Source: Spirochaetaceae bacterium (lineage in GTDB: Bacteria; Spirochaetota; Spirochaetia; DSM-2461). Taken from it: 64,000 nucleotides of DNA. Under the pieces are notes generated by a model. It was not told the origin of the DNA and did not search any database. It worked only from the letters and a program-made list of their open reading frames with translations. The translations under genes were made by a program, and so were the position numbers. This document shows, piece after piece, positions 1 through 11,095 of this stretch; position 1 is the stretch's first letter, and every line of letters starts with the position of its first letter. Location: contig JAOPTT010000002.1 in NCBI GenBank assembly GCA_051531975.1, forward strand, positions 57,938 to 121,937, given 5' to 3'.

Positions 1-108
1 TTTTCAGCAAAGTTGGTTTTAACGAATAATGTTCATTTTTGTCATTCTTAGAGATAATTAAACTTAGTAAAAATATTTAATAAGCCAGTCTTAAAGAGGT
101 TGAATTAT

Positions 109-1107
109 ATGGGTTATATAAAAAAAATTGTGCATACTATTATTAAAATATTGGGTTTAGGATATGTCTTATGGATTTATAGAATGTATAAAAAATTGAA
201 TTTTAAAATTAAAGCATTATATAATGGAGTAAAATTAAATCAAGAATCAAAAGATAATATTTTTAACTTTCGTAGAAATATTCACCGTTTAGAAAAAGGT
301 TTAACTTACAAAATATTAAAAAGTGAATTTGCAGAAAGTTATATATATGAAACAGTTAAGTCACTGGATTATGGAAAAAACCGTTTTGATGAAGATACAA
401 TGAATTGGGGTAAAGCAGTTTTAAAGTTGTACTTTACCAAGGTAACTCATACAGAAGTAATAACAAAAGCATATAATCATTTTAAAAAAATTGACCAAAC
501 TTTTGATAATAACTTTATACCCTATTCTTCTATAAAAAGACCCGAATCAAATATAACTTATGATGACCTATTTCAATTATCTTTAAAAAGAAGAAGTGTT
601 CGGTATTTTAATGAAATCGAAATAGATGAAAAAATCATAAAGAAAGCATATAATATTGCAAAATATTCTCCAAGTGCCTGTAATCGTCAGGCTTTTACCT
701 TCTATTTTTATAATGACAAAAAAGTAGTAAAAGCTTTATCAGCTATTCCTGGGGGTGTACAAGGTTATACACTACCAAGCATCATTGTTATTGTAGGTAA
801 CTATGCAGGATATTTCGATGAAAGAGATATTAATGCACCTATAATTGATGCAAGTCTTACTTCAATGTCATTTATGTATGCACTTGAAACATTAGGATTA
901 TCATCTGTATGTATAAATTGGCCAAATCTACCAAATAGAGAAAAAAAAATTAGAGAAGTGATTAATTTAAAACCATATGAATTTGTCATAATGATGCTTG
1001 GAGTTGGTTACGCTTCTTTAGAAGGTAAAATACCTTATTCAGCAAAAAGAAGTGCAAATGAAGTGGTACTTGTAAATAAAAAAATAAATAATACTAGTGA
1101 ATATTGA
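109..1107 (+). CDS. Nitroreductase-family flavoprotein (polysaccharide-locus-associated type)
   Basis: RRSVRYF and SPSACNRQ FMN-binding motifs, plus an N-terminal RRNIHRLEKGL extension. ATG at 109 follows AAAGAGGT, so it is preferred over the TTG at 100. Confidence 0.85.
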   Translation: MGYIKKIVHTIIKILGLGYVLWIYRMYKKLNFKIKALYNGVKLNQESKDNIFNFRRNIHRLEKGLTYKILKSEFAESYIYETVKSLDYGKNRFDEDTMNWGKAVLKLYFTKVTHTEVITKAYNHFKKIDQTFDNNFIPYSSIKRPESNITYDDLFQLSLKRRSVRYFNEIEIDEKIIKKAYNIAKYSPSACNRQAFTFYFYNDKKVVKALSAIPGGVQGYTLPSIIVIVGNYAGYFDERDINAPIIDASLTSMSFMYALETLGLSSVCINWPNLPNREKKIREVINLKPYEFVIMMLGVGYASLEGKIPYSAKRSANEVVLVNKKINNTSEY

Positions 1108-1357
1108 TATTTCGGGAAAATGCAGTATTGATTTTGATCGAATATTCTAATAGTTATTCAAACAGTCCTTACGGAAATAGGTACTTTCTACTGTATTAAA
1201 ATTCTGAGGTTATGCATGCTTTCTCATCCTTGTTATATAATTATTGTGTAATGCTTTTGATTTAATGGGTGATTTAATTGACGGTTACATATATACTTGG
1301 ATATCATTATTGATAAGGTTACTTTTACGCAATAAAAGATCTATTAGACATAAATTA

Positions 1358-2554
1358 TTACATGTCATTATTAGATTTTTTAGTATATTTTTCTTTTAGA
1401 AGATAAATAGCAATTACAACAAATAAAATATTAGAAGGGAATACTTCAAACATTATGGTGGTTATCATAAATGGAAAGAAAACCATAACATATAGAATAT
1501 TATTTTTCTTAATTTTGACAGGTTTTAAAATAAAATAAAATAAAAATATAAACCCAATAAAACCAACGTTAATAAGTACTGAAATTATTAATGAATCAGC
1601 AATAAATGATTCAGTAACTAAGCCTAAACTATTACTTAATAATACGCCTGTATTTGTTCCAATACCAAAGTTATCAGAAATAATTTTGACACTATTTGAG
1701 AGTCCTTCAAAAAACATATCAACTCTAATAAAAAGTGAATCATAAATAGACTTACGACCTGAGATTATAGGTAAATATATTACAAAAGTAATCATTACTA
1801 ATAATAATTGAGTAAAAATAAGTACTTTTCTCTTACTTTTGAAAAACTTTAATGTTAAAAAACACATAAATAAACTTATAATTCCACTACCAGAAGCAGT
1901 AAAAATAATACTGATTGGACATATAAAAAAAAGAAGAAATTTTTTGAGAAATTTATTCTTTTCAAACATACTTGTAAATAGAAAAAAAGTCATTGTAAAA
2001 AAAGCACCAGTCGATGGGATCATAAAAATTCCAGGATTTCTAAGACTAAATCCCAACAGTCCTATTCCATGAAAACTTTTCATAAAAAAAAATTCATAAA
2101 ACTGAAACATAAAGTGTGTAAAAAATACAATTTTTATAATTTTGAACAATCTTTTTAAATTAGATTCATCAATAATATCATAAATTGAAAAAAACAATAA
2201 TAATGGTAATAGCCATCTAATCCCAGCAGCAATAATTATTATGTTGCTTTTATCAATTATTGTGAACAAACCTGAAAGGATAACCGCAAGCATGAAGAAT
2301 AATAAAGAAAAGTATTTATATATTTTGTTAAAAAAAAAGATTCTATGACTGCCAATTAATATTATAAATATTATTAGAATATCTTTTATACCTTTAATAT
2401 AAACAGGGGTAACATTAGTCGATTGATTTAAGGTCCCGAGATATAAAATAGAGTATAGCTCACCGTAATTAAAAAATGGTGTTAATAAAATTAGTATCAT
2501 AAGTAATTTAAATTTTGTTTCTCTGAGATTAACTATCAAGTAATATACCACCAT
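1358..2554 (-). CDS. wzy: Putative Wzy-type polysaccharide polymerase / O-antigen ligase-like membrane protein
   Basis: About 10-11 hydrophobic segments, RxxGxF..P loop, GIGT motif; last gene of the GT operon. Start uncertain (the ORF extends to 2632, deep into the upstream gene). Confidence 0.6.
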   Translation of the reverse strand: MVVYYLIVNLRETKFKLLMILILLTPFFNYGELYSILYLGTLNQSTNVTPVYIKGIKDILIIFIILIGSHRIFFFNKIYKYFSLLFFMLAVILSGLFTIIDKSNIIIIAAGIRWLLPLLLFFSIYDIIDESNLKRLFKIIKIVFFTHFMFQFYEFFFMKSFHGIGLLGFSLRNPGIFMIPSTGAFFTMTFFLFTSMFEKNKFLKKFLLFFICPISIIFTASGSGIISLFMCFLTLKFFKSKRKVLIFTQLLLVMITFVIYLPIISGRKSIYDSLFIRVDMFFEGLSNSVKIISDNFGIGTNTGVLLSNSLGLVTESFIADSLIISVLINVGFIGFIFLFYFILKPVKIKKNNILYVMVFFPFMITTIMFEVFPSNILFVVIAIYLLKEKYTKKSNNDM

Positions 2555-3713
2555 ATATTTTCTTATATTTCTCCACCATAATTTTACTAGAAAATATATT
2601 TGCTCTATTAATATATTTAGTAGGGTTGTCATTAGTAGTATTTTTTACTTCTAAGATCTTTGATTTTAAATCATTAATATCTTTCTCTTTTGCAAAATAA
2701 CCAAGGTCGGATAGGATTTCTCTCATAATGGGTATATCAAAAGAAATAACTGGGATACCATGGTAGAATGCTTCTATGCTTGTACGACCAAAAGTCTCTG
2801 ATAGACTTGGATTTATATAAACATCAGATCTATTGTATATTTCCCCAAGTTTTATTTGATCTTTAATATATCCATACTGTATAACTTCATATGAACCTAA
2901 ATATTTATTTACAACCTCATTATCAATTTTATTACCAACAATATGTATAGTAGTATTAGATAATTTTAAATCAAGTAGAGCATTTAATAAATATTTGATT
3001 CCTTTTCCTGGATTATTTACATCTGAAGCTATAAATAAAATATTGAAGTCGTTTTCAGTAAATTTCCTGTTGACGATATATTTCTCTTCTGAGAATCCAT
3101 TATATATAACACTGATATCAAAATCTTTTAATAATCCTTTTTTTAAAAGATTTTTAGATGATTCAGAAATTGTTATTAGTGATATATTAATACTATTTAG
3201 TAACGCTAATTTTTTATTATACATTTTAGAAGCTTTATCTATAAACACTTTTGGATATTTATTTAGATCTGGACAATTATTACAACCATTTACATATCCA
3301 TTACAATCTAAAGGGACACAACACCTTCCAGTGGTAAGCCAAGAGTCTCTAAGCGTCCAGACAACCTTTTTCCCTTGCTTTTGAATCTCTTTTAATAACC
3401 ATATCCAATCAATAAAATAACCATGTAAATTATGTAAATGAATTATGTCTGCTTTTGAAATTTCACGTTTTATTCTTTTTCTACTCTGTATTGGGTAAAA
3501 TAAAGAATCCCATCCAGTAATTCTTGTAAACATGGCATTTATATATTTTGTGAAAATATTATATAACGTTCTATCACTTTTCTTTTCAGAAAAACCAACT
3601 AATACAGTTGAATTATAATCTTCATCATTATTTAATAATGAGGATAACTCCATAGTAGATTTAGCAGCACCAGCTTTATCAAGATATGTATTTACATGTA
3701 GTATATTTATCAT
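2529..3713 (-). CDS. GT4 glycosyltransferase (WcaC-like)
   Basis: DIIHLHNLHGY, WTLRDxW..TGRC, Cys cluster C..CP, ETFGRTSIEA (Ex7E). Confidence 0.9.
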   Translation of the reverse strand: MINILHVNTYLDKAGAAKSTMELSSLLNNDEDYNSTVLVGFSEKKSDRTLYNIFTKYINAMFTRITGWDSLFYPIQSRKRIKREISKADIIHLHNLHGYFIDWIWLLKEIQKQGKKVVWTLRDSWLTTGRCCVPLDCNGYVNGCNNCPDLNKYPKVFIDKASKMYNKKLALLNSINISLITISESSKNLLKKGLLKDFDISVIYNGFSEEKYIVNRKFTENDFNILFIASDVNNPGKGIKYLLNALLDLKLSNTTIHIVGNKIDNEVVNKYLGSYEVIQYGYIKDQIKLGEIYNRSDVYINPSLSETFGRTSIEAFYHGIPVISFDIPIMREILSDLGYFAKEKDINDLKSKILEVKNTTNDNPTKYINRANIFSSKIMVEKYKKIYGGILLDS

Positions 3714-4750
3714 AAATCTCTCTTTATATCCTCAATATTACTCAGTATTTTATTATATAAATCAATGTTTTCATCACTATAATATACGACATCAATATCT
3801 ATATCTTTTATTTGGTAAAATTCGGGAATAAATAATTTTTTACCATATTTATATGCGTCGAATTCTGCACCTGATGCCTTAGTCTCTCCATAATACTCCT
3901 CAACTAATCCATATTGTGTAATTTGTCTATTAATTGGAGCTAAAATAAAATCTGATTTTACGATATATTCATAATAATGGTTTTGACTAATGTAATAATC
4001 AAACCAGGTAAATTTTTCTTTATATTCAATTGGAAGTAGATTTAGAATTTCTATTATATTATTAGATACAACTTTACCTAAAAATACAAAAGAAACATTA
4101 TTATGAATATCTATGATTTTTTTTAACATCTCTATTAGATCTACATAATTACGTCTTTTATCGTTTACAGTACCTGGTATTACTATTGATAAGGAACTTC
4201 CACTTTTATTGTTGAAAACATCTTTTAATTTTTCTTTGAATTTTACAACATGTACAGGCTTATCAACACGCTGTAGTAGATTTTCTTTTAATGTAGAATT
4301 TAAGACTATAAACTTATCCACTTTACAATTTATGAATCTCTTTAATTTGTCTTTAAAAAATCCAAGATTTATATCTTGAAAGTTTGAATTCAAATTATGA
4401 ACTGTGAGGGATAGATTTCTTCTTAATACTATAAATAGTGCCTGCAAATACATGTCTTTACTATAAAAAGGGGTATTCCAATATATATGACCTTTAGCAT
4501 GTAGTAATAATTCAAAAAAAATGACAAGGGAGTTTTTAGATTTATAAGTGTAGATTTGATCTAATTTTAATTCAGAATTAATTTTAGATATTTCACTCTT
4601 AATATTTTCATATCCTTGCTGTGTAATATAAATTTTAATGTTTGAATCAGCATTATTCTTTTTTACATAATTAAATAATGATATACAATAATCAAAGTGA
4701 TTAGGTTCTAACTCAATGATACTTATATTATTTCTCATAAGATCTACCAT
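3710..4750 (-). CDS. Probable GT-B glycosyltransferase (divergent)
   Basis: TVHN and IVIPGTV..KRRNY segments, EYYGETKASG; lies between GT genes. Confidence 0.55.
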   Translation of the reverse strand: MVDLMRNNISIIELEPNHFDYCISLFNYVKKNNADSNIKIYITQQGYENIKSEISKINSELKLDQIYTYKSKNSLVIFFELLLHAKGHIYWNTPFYSKDMYLQALFIVLRRNLSLTVHNLNSNFQDINLGFFKDKLKRFINCKVDKFIVLNSTLKENLLQRVDKPVHVVKFKEKLKDVFNNKSGSSLSIVIPGTVNDKRRNYVDLIEMLKKIIDIHNNVSFVFLGKVVSNNIIEILNLLPIEYKEKFTWFDYYISQNHYYEYIVKSDFILAPINRQITQYGLVEEYYGETKASGAEFDAYKYGKKLFIPEFYQIKDIDIDVVYYSDENIDLYNKILSNIEDIKRDL

Positions 4751-5723
4751 AAGATATAAACAACGGTTTCATAACGGTTGTAACATAACTTTTCCTTAAA
4801 ATATTAATTAAAAACATATAACGAAATCTATTTTTAACCATGTAAAATAAATTTATATAAAATTTCATAGAATGTTGTATACCCCTAAGACAAAAGAAAA
4901 CCTTTTTCATCTCTTTACTTTTTAGTGAATTATAGAAAAATCTCTCTTTCATATAAAAAATATATGCAGTTCTTATATATCTTGGAAAACCTAAAAAAGA
5001 AGAATCATCAAAGTAATTATCCCAAATACTAAAAGAGTTTGTAAGTTTGTTTAGTCTATCAGAATAATTTGTAGTCATTCTGTCGTCATCTATACTAATA
5101 TTTGGCATAGAGAATGCTTCCTGAGAAGTTACAACTCTTTTGTTATTGGCTGCTAATTTAAACCATAAATCATGATCAACGCCACTTTTTATATTTTCAT
5201 TATATCCACCTAGATCACTTAGCATTTCTCTATTATAAAACTGAGAACCTACTGGAGGAGTAAAACCTTTTTTAATTATATCTAGTAAAAATCCATCAAA
5301 GAATGGAGGTGTAATTCTCACAAAGCTATCACCTTTTTTGAATATATTTCCACCAAAACTTGAATACTGCTCACTATATTTATCACATAAGATAACCATA
5401 TTGTTAATAAAATCTTCATGCCATACATCGTCATCATCAATAAAAGTAAAATATTTGCCAATTCCATTTTTGATAACATAATTTCTATTATATGCTAACT
5501 TTCTATTGGTTTTATTTTTTGTATATTTAATTCGCTTATCTGAATTTACATATTCTAAAACAACCTCATCTGTGCAATCAGTTGAATTATCATTAATTAT
5601 ATAAATTTCCAAATTTTTATACGTTTGGTTAATTACAGAGTTTATGCATTTTCTAAGAGATTTTTCTCTATTATAAGTTGCTATACATATTGTAACTAAG
5701 TTTCTATTATCAAGCAAAGCCAA
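4728..5723 (-). CDS. GT2 glycosyltransferase
   Basis: VTICIATYNR, INDNSTD, FIDDDD; TTG start. Confidence 0.92.
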   Translation of the reverse strand: MALLDNRNLVTICIATYNREKSLRKCINSVINQTYKNLEIYIINDNSTDCTDEVVLEYVNSDKRIKYTKNKTNRKLAYNRNYVIKNGIGKYFTFIDDDDVWHEDFINNMVILCDKYSEQYSSFGGNIFKKGDSFVRITPPFFDGFLLDIIKKGFTPPVGSQFYNREMLSDLGGYNENIKSGVDHDLWFKLAANNKRVVTSQEAFSMPNISIDDDRMTTNYSDRLNKLTNSFSIWDNYFDDSSFLGFPRYIRTAYIFYMKERFFYNSLKSKEMKKVFFCLRGIQHSMKFYINLFYMVKNRFRYMFLINILRKSYVTTVMKPLFISYGRSYEK

Positions 5724-5740
5724 ATCCCTCTAAAATGTTT

Positions 5741-6670
5741 CTAAAATAATGCGTAATATATAAATTTAATTACTAATTTTAATTTAAATCCACCTAATTT
5801 TAAGGAGGCTTTAATATAGTTAATTGAATTAATTTTATCCTGCTTATCTTTGGATATTCTATTTTTTTTAAAATATAAATGGCCTAGTTTTTCAAGATAA
5901 ATACACTTAGCTTTATCATATATACTATAAAGATCATTAAACTTCTCTAAATTATATTCCATAGCCGATATGTGTCTATTTATTGATAAAACACTATGTT
6001 TGCCAGTCATTCTTTCATTTGCAGTTCCAACGTATATTTTAGCAAAAAATTCAGGTATGATATGAATATTATAACCTTGAAAGACTATTCTTCGAAAGAG
6101 ATCAGAGTCGGTTCCACGTAACTGCTTCTCGTCAAAACCTCCAACTTCAAGCCAACATTTTCTTGGAATCAGGCAAACAGAACCACCAATTACGCCTCCT
6201 CCACTTAGCATTTTCTCAATTAAGTTATTTGGTAATACAGGTTTATCTTCAGTATAATTCTTGCCATCAAAGGATTTCCACCAAGCACCAACAATGCCTA
6301 TATTATCAGATTCTGAACTTGAATTGAAAACTTCTATTTGTTTCTTTAATCTATCTGGATCTGTCCATTCATCATCATCACCAAGTAGGGCTATATATTC
6401 TCCTGTCGAATGTTTAAATCCTGTATTACTAACAACAGCTATACCTTTATTAGTATCATGATGAATACAAATTACCCTCTTATCTTTAATTTCATCCATT
6501 TTAATTTTTGTATTATCTGGCGAAGCATCATTAACAAGAATAATTTCTAGGTTTTCATATGTCTGTTTAAGAACACTATTTATTGATCTCATAAATACTT
6601 TTTCTCTTTTATATGTACCAATAATAATGCTTACTTTTGGTTCTTTATTTAACCCTGTGTCACTTAACAT
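5741..6670 (-). CDS. GT2 glycosyltransferase
   Basis: VSIIIGTYKR, VNDASPD, LGDDD, GGFDE. Confidence 0.92.
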   Translation of the reverse strand: MLSDTGLNKEPKVSIIIGTYKREKVFMRSINSVLKQTYENLEIILVNDASPDNTKIKMDEIKDKRVICIHHDTNKGIAVVSNTGFKHSTGEYIALLGDDDEWTDPDRLKKQIEVFNSSSESDNIGIVGAWWKSFDGKNYTEDKPVLPNNLIEKMLSGGGVIGGSVCLIPRKCWLEVGGFDEKQLRGTDSDLFRRIVFQGYNIHIIPEFFAKIYVGTANERMTGKHSVLSINRHISAMEYNLEKFNDLYSIYDKAKCIYLEKLGHLYFKKNRISKDKQDKINSINYIKASLKLGGFKLKLVIKFIYYALF

Positions 6671-6873
6671 ATGTATTAATTATTCTCCTTAAAAATTAGA
6701 TTAAATGTTAACATTAATTTAATATTATTTAAATAGTGTAATTAAGGAATTACCTCTAAGAAAAATCTTAATATGATCCACTTACACTGTACCTTACAAC
6801 AATTAAAAGTGGCTTATAATGTGTATTTCTTACAATTAAACATATGGATGTCCACAGTTTTTACTTTTTTAAT

Positions 6874-8187
6874 CTAGAGTTTATATATATTCTCTGAAGA
6901 ATTATTAGTCATATTTCTCAAATCCACAATTAACTTTGACTTAGAAACTATATCTTCAACATCAAAACAGCTATGATTAGTTGTAAATACAATACAATCC
7001 ACATTGCTTAATAATTCATCTGTCAATTCAGAACTAATAAAATTATAACCTTTAGGTGTCTTACAAGATTTAACAAAGGGATCATGATATATAACCTCTC
7101 CCCCTTTTTTGATCACTTCATCGATTATTTTTAATGCAGGAGACTCTCTTGCATCATCAATATCTGATTTATATGCTACCCCTAAGAACAATATTTTTGA
7201 ACCATTAATTGGTTTCTTAAACCTATTAAGAGCTGTAGATATTTTTATTTGCATACGATGTGCCATCATGTTATCTATATGACCAGCAGTCTCGATCATT
7301 TTTAAATCAAAATTGAATTTCTTTGCTATAAACTCAAGGTAGAAAGGATCCAATGGAATACAATGACCACCGATACCTGGTCCAGGATAAAATGCTTGAA
7401 AACCGAAAGGTTTAGTCTTTGCTGCGTCAATAACCTCCCATATATCCACGTCCATTTTACCAGATAACAATGCGAGTTCATTTACAAGTGAAATGTTTAT
7501 TAATCGATATGTATTTTCTAGTATTTTAACCATTTCAGCAACTCTTGGAGAAGATACTGAATGTAAGTTTTTAATAGCTTTTCCATATAGAGACAAAGCT
7601 ATTTTCTGACCATCTTCACTTAATGAGCCAACAACTTTTGGTGTATTTTCAGTTTTAAATGTTTTATTACCGGGATCAATTCTTTCAGGTGAATAACATA
7701 ACCAAAAATCTTTGCCTTCTACTAATCCTGAAACCTTTTCAATTATAGGTCTCATTAAGTCTTCTGTTGTTGTTGGGTAAGTAGTACTTTCTAAAGAAAT
7801 AAATGTTCCTTTTGTCATGTATTGACCTATATCGTTACAAGCTGATTCGATAAAACTCATATCTGGTTTTTTAAATTTATCAAGTGGAGTTGGTACACAC
7901 ATTATAGCAGCATCACATTCAGATATTCTGCTAAAATCTGATGTCGCAGATAAATTACAACTGTTAACTGCTAAAGTAAACTCTTCTTCTGTTATATCAC
8001 CTATATAGTTTTTACAATTATTAATATTATCAACCTTAGTTTGATTTTTTTCAAAACCAAGAACACGAACACCTTTATTTGCCATTAAAACAGCTAAAGG
8101 TAAACCTACATATCCTAAACCTAAAATACCAACTTGAACTGTATCATCTTCAATCTTTTTTAATATATCATCTACTAAACTATTCAC
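6874..8187 (-). CDS. wbpA: UDP-N-acetylglucosamine 6-dehydrogenase (nucleotide-sugar dehydrogenase)
   Basis: GLGYVGLP, CVPTP, ESTTYP, SPERIDPGN, GGHCIPLDP, DxRESP; GTG start after AAGGAAG. Confidence 0.88.
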   Translation of the reverse strand: MNSLVDDILKKIEDDTVQVGILGLGYVGLPLAVLMANKGVRVLGFEKNQTKVDNINNCKNYIGDITEEEFTLAVNSCNLSATSDFSRISECDAAIMCVPTPLDKFKKPDMSFIESACNDIGQYMTKGTFISLESTTYPTTTEDLMRPIIEKVSGLVEGKDFWLCYSPERIDPGNKTFKTENTPKVVGSLSEDGQKIALSLYGKAIKNLHSVSSPRVAEMVKILENTYRLINISLVNELALLSGKMDVDIWEVIDAAKTKPFGFQAFYPGPGIGGHCIPLDPFYLEFIAKKFNFDLKMIETAGHIDNMMAHRMQIKISTALNRFKKPINGSKILFLGVAYKSDIDDARESPALKIIDEVIKKGGEVIYHDPFVKSCKTPKGYNFISSELTDELLSNVDCIVFTTNHSCFDVEDIVSKSKLIVDLRNMTNNSSENIYKL

Positions 8188-8285
8188 TAATTCTTCCTTT
8201 TCATGACAGTACTAATTACAAATATTATTATCTATTTAGATATATCAATATATACTTTCTAAATATTAAACCATAATTTTATTTA

Positions 8286-8828
8286 TTATCTACGTTCTCC
8301 AATTTTTTTTGCTGGAACTCCTGCCCAAATCTCATAAGGTCCTGGATTTTTTGTTAATACAGAGTTTGCACCAATAACTACACCATCAGGAATATTTGTA
8401 ACATTCTTAGTTACTGTCGTATAAATACCAAAATACACATCAGATCCTATAGTAATTGAAGACCATAGGACTCCTTTTTTTTCATCTTCAGATAGAATTA
8501 GATTCTTGGTTTTAATCTGATGGTCATGGGTAAATATAGATACATGATCAGAGAATATGGTATAATCACCAATTGAAATATCACCAACCATATCAAGAGT
8601 TATAGATTTTCTAATACTAATATGTTTACCAAATTTTAGTTCACCAACTCGTGTTTGTGGGTGAGCAACCCGTGCTATACTTCTAATTTGATCTACACTA
8701 GTACCTTTGTAACTAACTAATTTAAAATCTTCCTCTGCTGTTTTAGTTATAGAAACTACAATTTTGCTAATTTTCAGAATACCAACAAATTGTAATATTT
8801 TTTTAATAAAAGACTTAATATATTTCAT
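8286..8828 (-). CDS. Left-handed beta-helix (hexapeptide) O-acyltransferase
   Basis: IFTHDH, hexapeptide repeats, WAGVPAKKI. Confidence 0.85.
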   Translation of the reverse strand: MKYIKSFIKKILQFVGILKISKIVVSITKTAEEDFKLVSYKGTSVDQIRSIARVAHPQTRVGELKFGKHISIRKSITLDMVGDISIGDYTIFSDHVSIFTHDHQIKTKNLILSEDEKKGVLWSSITIGSDVYFGIYTTVTKNVTNIPDGVVIGANSVLTKNPGPYEIWAGVPAKKIGERR

Positions 8829-9799
8829 ATAATAACATCCTCATTTACACTGTGTAATTTTTCAACTTGGCTAGTATGATGAGAGAGAATATCTATACCG
8901 TTATAGTCATATCCTGTTAATTTATAGTTTATCCATTTCCCAAAATTTTGCCTATCTTTTGGTATTATACCAGCCAAAGCATCAATACCACTACCTACAT
9001 CAATTATTACACAACCAATAACATCTCTTATCATTGATTGAAAATACAATTTTGAAATTCCAGTACCTAAAATATACAAATCACACGGGTTAGACTTACA
9101 TTGGTCTATAATATCTTTACATAATTCATCAATATTATTGCAAGCACCTGTTTCAGGAATCAGAATGTAGTCATCAAATTTCTTTAATCCTAAATAATCC
9201 TGATATTCTTTGTGTTTCATAAGTTCTTCAATAATACCCAGTTTAGTCTCTGCACCAATTAATCCAACTTTATAATCTTTTGAAATTCTTAATAGATCTC
9301 TTGTTGCTATTAATGAATAAACTACATGAAGAGGATAATATTCACGTTTAATCATTTTTCCTTCTATTGGAATCCATAACTTTCTCAGATACCAATTTAT
9401 ATCAAAAGACTTAATATCATTTTTCCTATAATTATCCAACCATAAGTTTAAATCAATATTATTCACATCACCTTTAGTAAAATGCCTACGAACAACATTA
9501 CCTATAAATTTACCTTGTAAAAAATAAGCCTCACCATCACCACATCTAATAATTGAAAGTGGTTCCTTATTTTTTAATTTATCTTCAATATTTTTTAATA
9601 AGTCGTCATAAATGTTTTGCATGGATCCATAAAATGCAAAAGGATTTTTCATTTCTACAAGATCTCCGTGATTATAAGTTTTACAATCACCGATTTTATA
9701 TTTTGACCAAATCCAATCGCTAGATCTTAAAAGAACATAAAATGTCTTATTTAATAATGCAAACAAACGATGTTGTACTTTGCTTATAAAAATTTTCAT
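8825..9799 (-). CDS. Putative GT-D fold (DUF1792-like) glycosyltransferase
   Basis: SIIRCGDGE and IIDVGSGID resemble the RxGDGE and xIDxG motifs of GT-D/DUF1792. Confidence 0.55.
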   Translation of the reverse strand: MKIFISKVQHRLFALLNKTFYVLLRSSDWIWSKYKIGDCKTYNHGDLVEMKNPFAFYGSMQNIYDDLLKNIEDKLKNKEPLSIIRCGDGEAYFLQGKFIGNVVRRHFTKGDVNNIDLNLWLDNYRKNDIKSFDINWYLRKLWIPIEGKMIKREYYPLHVVYSLIATRDLLRISKDYKVGLIGAETKLGIIEELMKHKEYQDYLGLKKFDDYILIPETGACNNIDELCKDIIDQCKSNPCDLYILGTGISKLYFQSMIRDVIGCVIIDVGSGIDALAGIIPKDRQNFGKWINYKLTGYDYNGIDILSHHTSQVEKLHSVNEDVII

Positions 9800-9823
9800 A
9801 AAAATGAATCCCCTTAAATAGTA

Positions 9824-11095
9824 TTAACTTAATAACCTATTAATTATTGCACCTGTAATAACACTAAAACGATGTAGTTTTTTTAGATTGTTTGTGGAAA
9901 ATTTGCTTAAAGCTGAAACTATACTTTTTTTTCTGCATAATTTAAGAAAAAAGATATCTTTTTTATATATATAATAACTTGAGTTTTTTTTTCTTTTACG
10001 AACTTTTGCTTTTTTATATAATATTATATCATTTGGTAAAAATTGAGAGTCCAAGATGTTTTTCTTTTTGTTAATATATTTCTGACTTTTAAATATCTCG
10101 GAATAATCAATATCATCTATATCAAATCTATTAAGATTTAATTCATTAAAATAATCCAATCCTTTTTTTGTTCTAATAATTATATTAGATTTTCCTTTAA
10201 ATGAAGTTCTATTTTTTATATAACAATCACCAAATGAAATATCACTATATTTATTTAACTTGTCTCCGCAATAATAGCATCTTTCCAACTGCAAGAATTT
10301 TTTAAGATACATTCTGTGTTTACTATCAAACCCTTCGACACCGTCTTTATACTGAAATTCTAGTTTTCCTGGCCACCCACTAGTTAATTTTCCTCTATAA
10401 CTGAACTTAACAAAATCTCTATTACTATTCATCAGCTTAATTTTTAATATATCAATTATAGCATAATTAAGTATTTGATCACAAAAAAGTCCTAAATATA
10501 ATATATTAGAATCATCAATATTCTTAAGATCGCAATATTTTTTTATAGATTGAATATGGCAAGGTATTGAGACAAGAATATATTTTTTATCACTCCCTAA
10601 ATATTCTAAAATATTTTCAGTACTATATACTACATACTTAGATCCAGCAGTATCTAAAACATCTTCTTTTTTCTTATATAATTCTAACCTTTTGTCCTCA
10701 TAATTTAGATCTTCTGAAGGTGCCAGAAAAGCACCTTCGTGGGTTCCACTTGCTAATGACTGAATAATAAATTCACTTATTGCACCACCACTTTGAGCTG
10801 TGAGTAAAATATCGTTATCTTTAACAGATAAGGTAGTACACCTTTTAATATTGGAAGTATTAATATAGTCAATTGGATCGTATCCTTCATCAAGCCCCTC
10901 TTCGTAGACATTAATACCAGAACATACTTTAAGACATATACCACAGTTAGTACATTTCTCTTTATTTACATTAGGTATCTTCATATAGCTTTCAACTTTT
11001 AATTTAATAGCATTATGAGGACAAGTTGAAGGACACACACCACATCCTGTACATAGATTATTATTGACAGTAATTTGTACGGAATTATGCTTCAT
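9824..11095 (-). CDS. FrhB/FdhB-like (F420 hydrogenase beta family) Fe-S flavoprotein
   Basis: Two CxxCxxCxxxC ferredoxin motifs, AQSGG, GSKY, PCHI, GLFC, RCYYC, DISFGD. Confidence 0.88.
   Translation of the reverse strand: MKHNSVQITVNNNLCTGCGVCPSTCPHNAIKLKVESYMKIPNVNKEKCTNCGICLKVCSGINVYEEGLDEGYDPIDYINTSNIKRCTTLSVKDNDILLTAQSGGAISEFIIQSLASGTHEGAFLAPSEDLNYEDKRLELYKKKEDVLDTAGSKYVVYSTENILEYLGSDKKYILVSIPCHIQSIKKYCDLKNIDDSNILYLGLFCDQILNYAIIDILKIKLMNSNRDFVKFSYRGKLTSGWPGKLEFQYKDGVEGFDSKHRMYLKKFLQLERCYYCGDKLNKYSDISFGDCYIKNRTSFKGKSNIIIRTKKGLDYFNELNLNRFDIDDIDYSEIFKSQKYINKKKNILDSQFLPNDIILYKKAKVRKRKKNSSYYIYKKDIFFLKLCRKKSIVSALSKFSTNNLKKLHRFSVITGAIINRLLS

Noticed and set aside
1108..1357. Intergenic stretch with slightly higher GC, possible IS or integrase remnant
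   Set aside because: No ORF, terminal repeat or recognisable transposase motif could be established by eye.
6770..6860. Short imperfect repeat CTTACAACAATTAAA / CTTACAATTAAA between wbpA and a GT2 gene
   Set aside because: Too short and AT-rich to distinguish from chance.
9824..11095. FrhB-like gene as evidence of F420 or methanogen-type hydrogenase metabolism
   Set aside because: No catalytic hydrogenase subunits nearby; the context is purely glycan biosynthesis.
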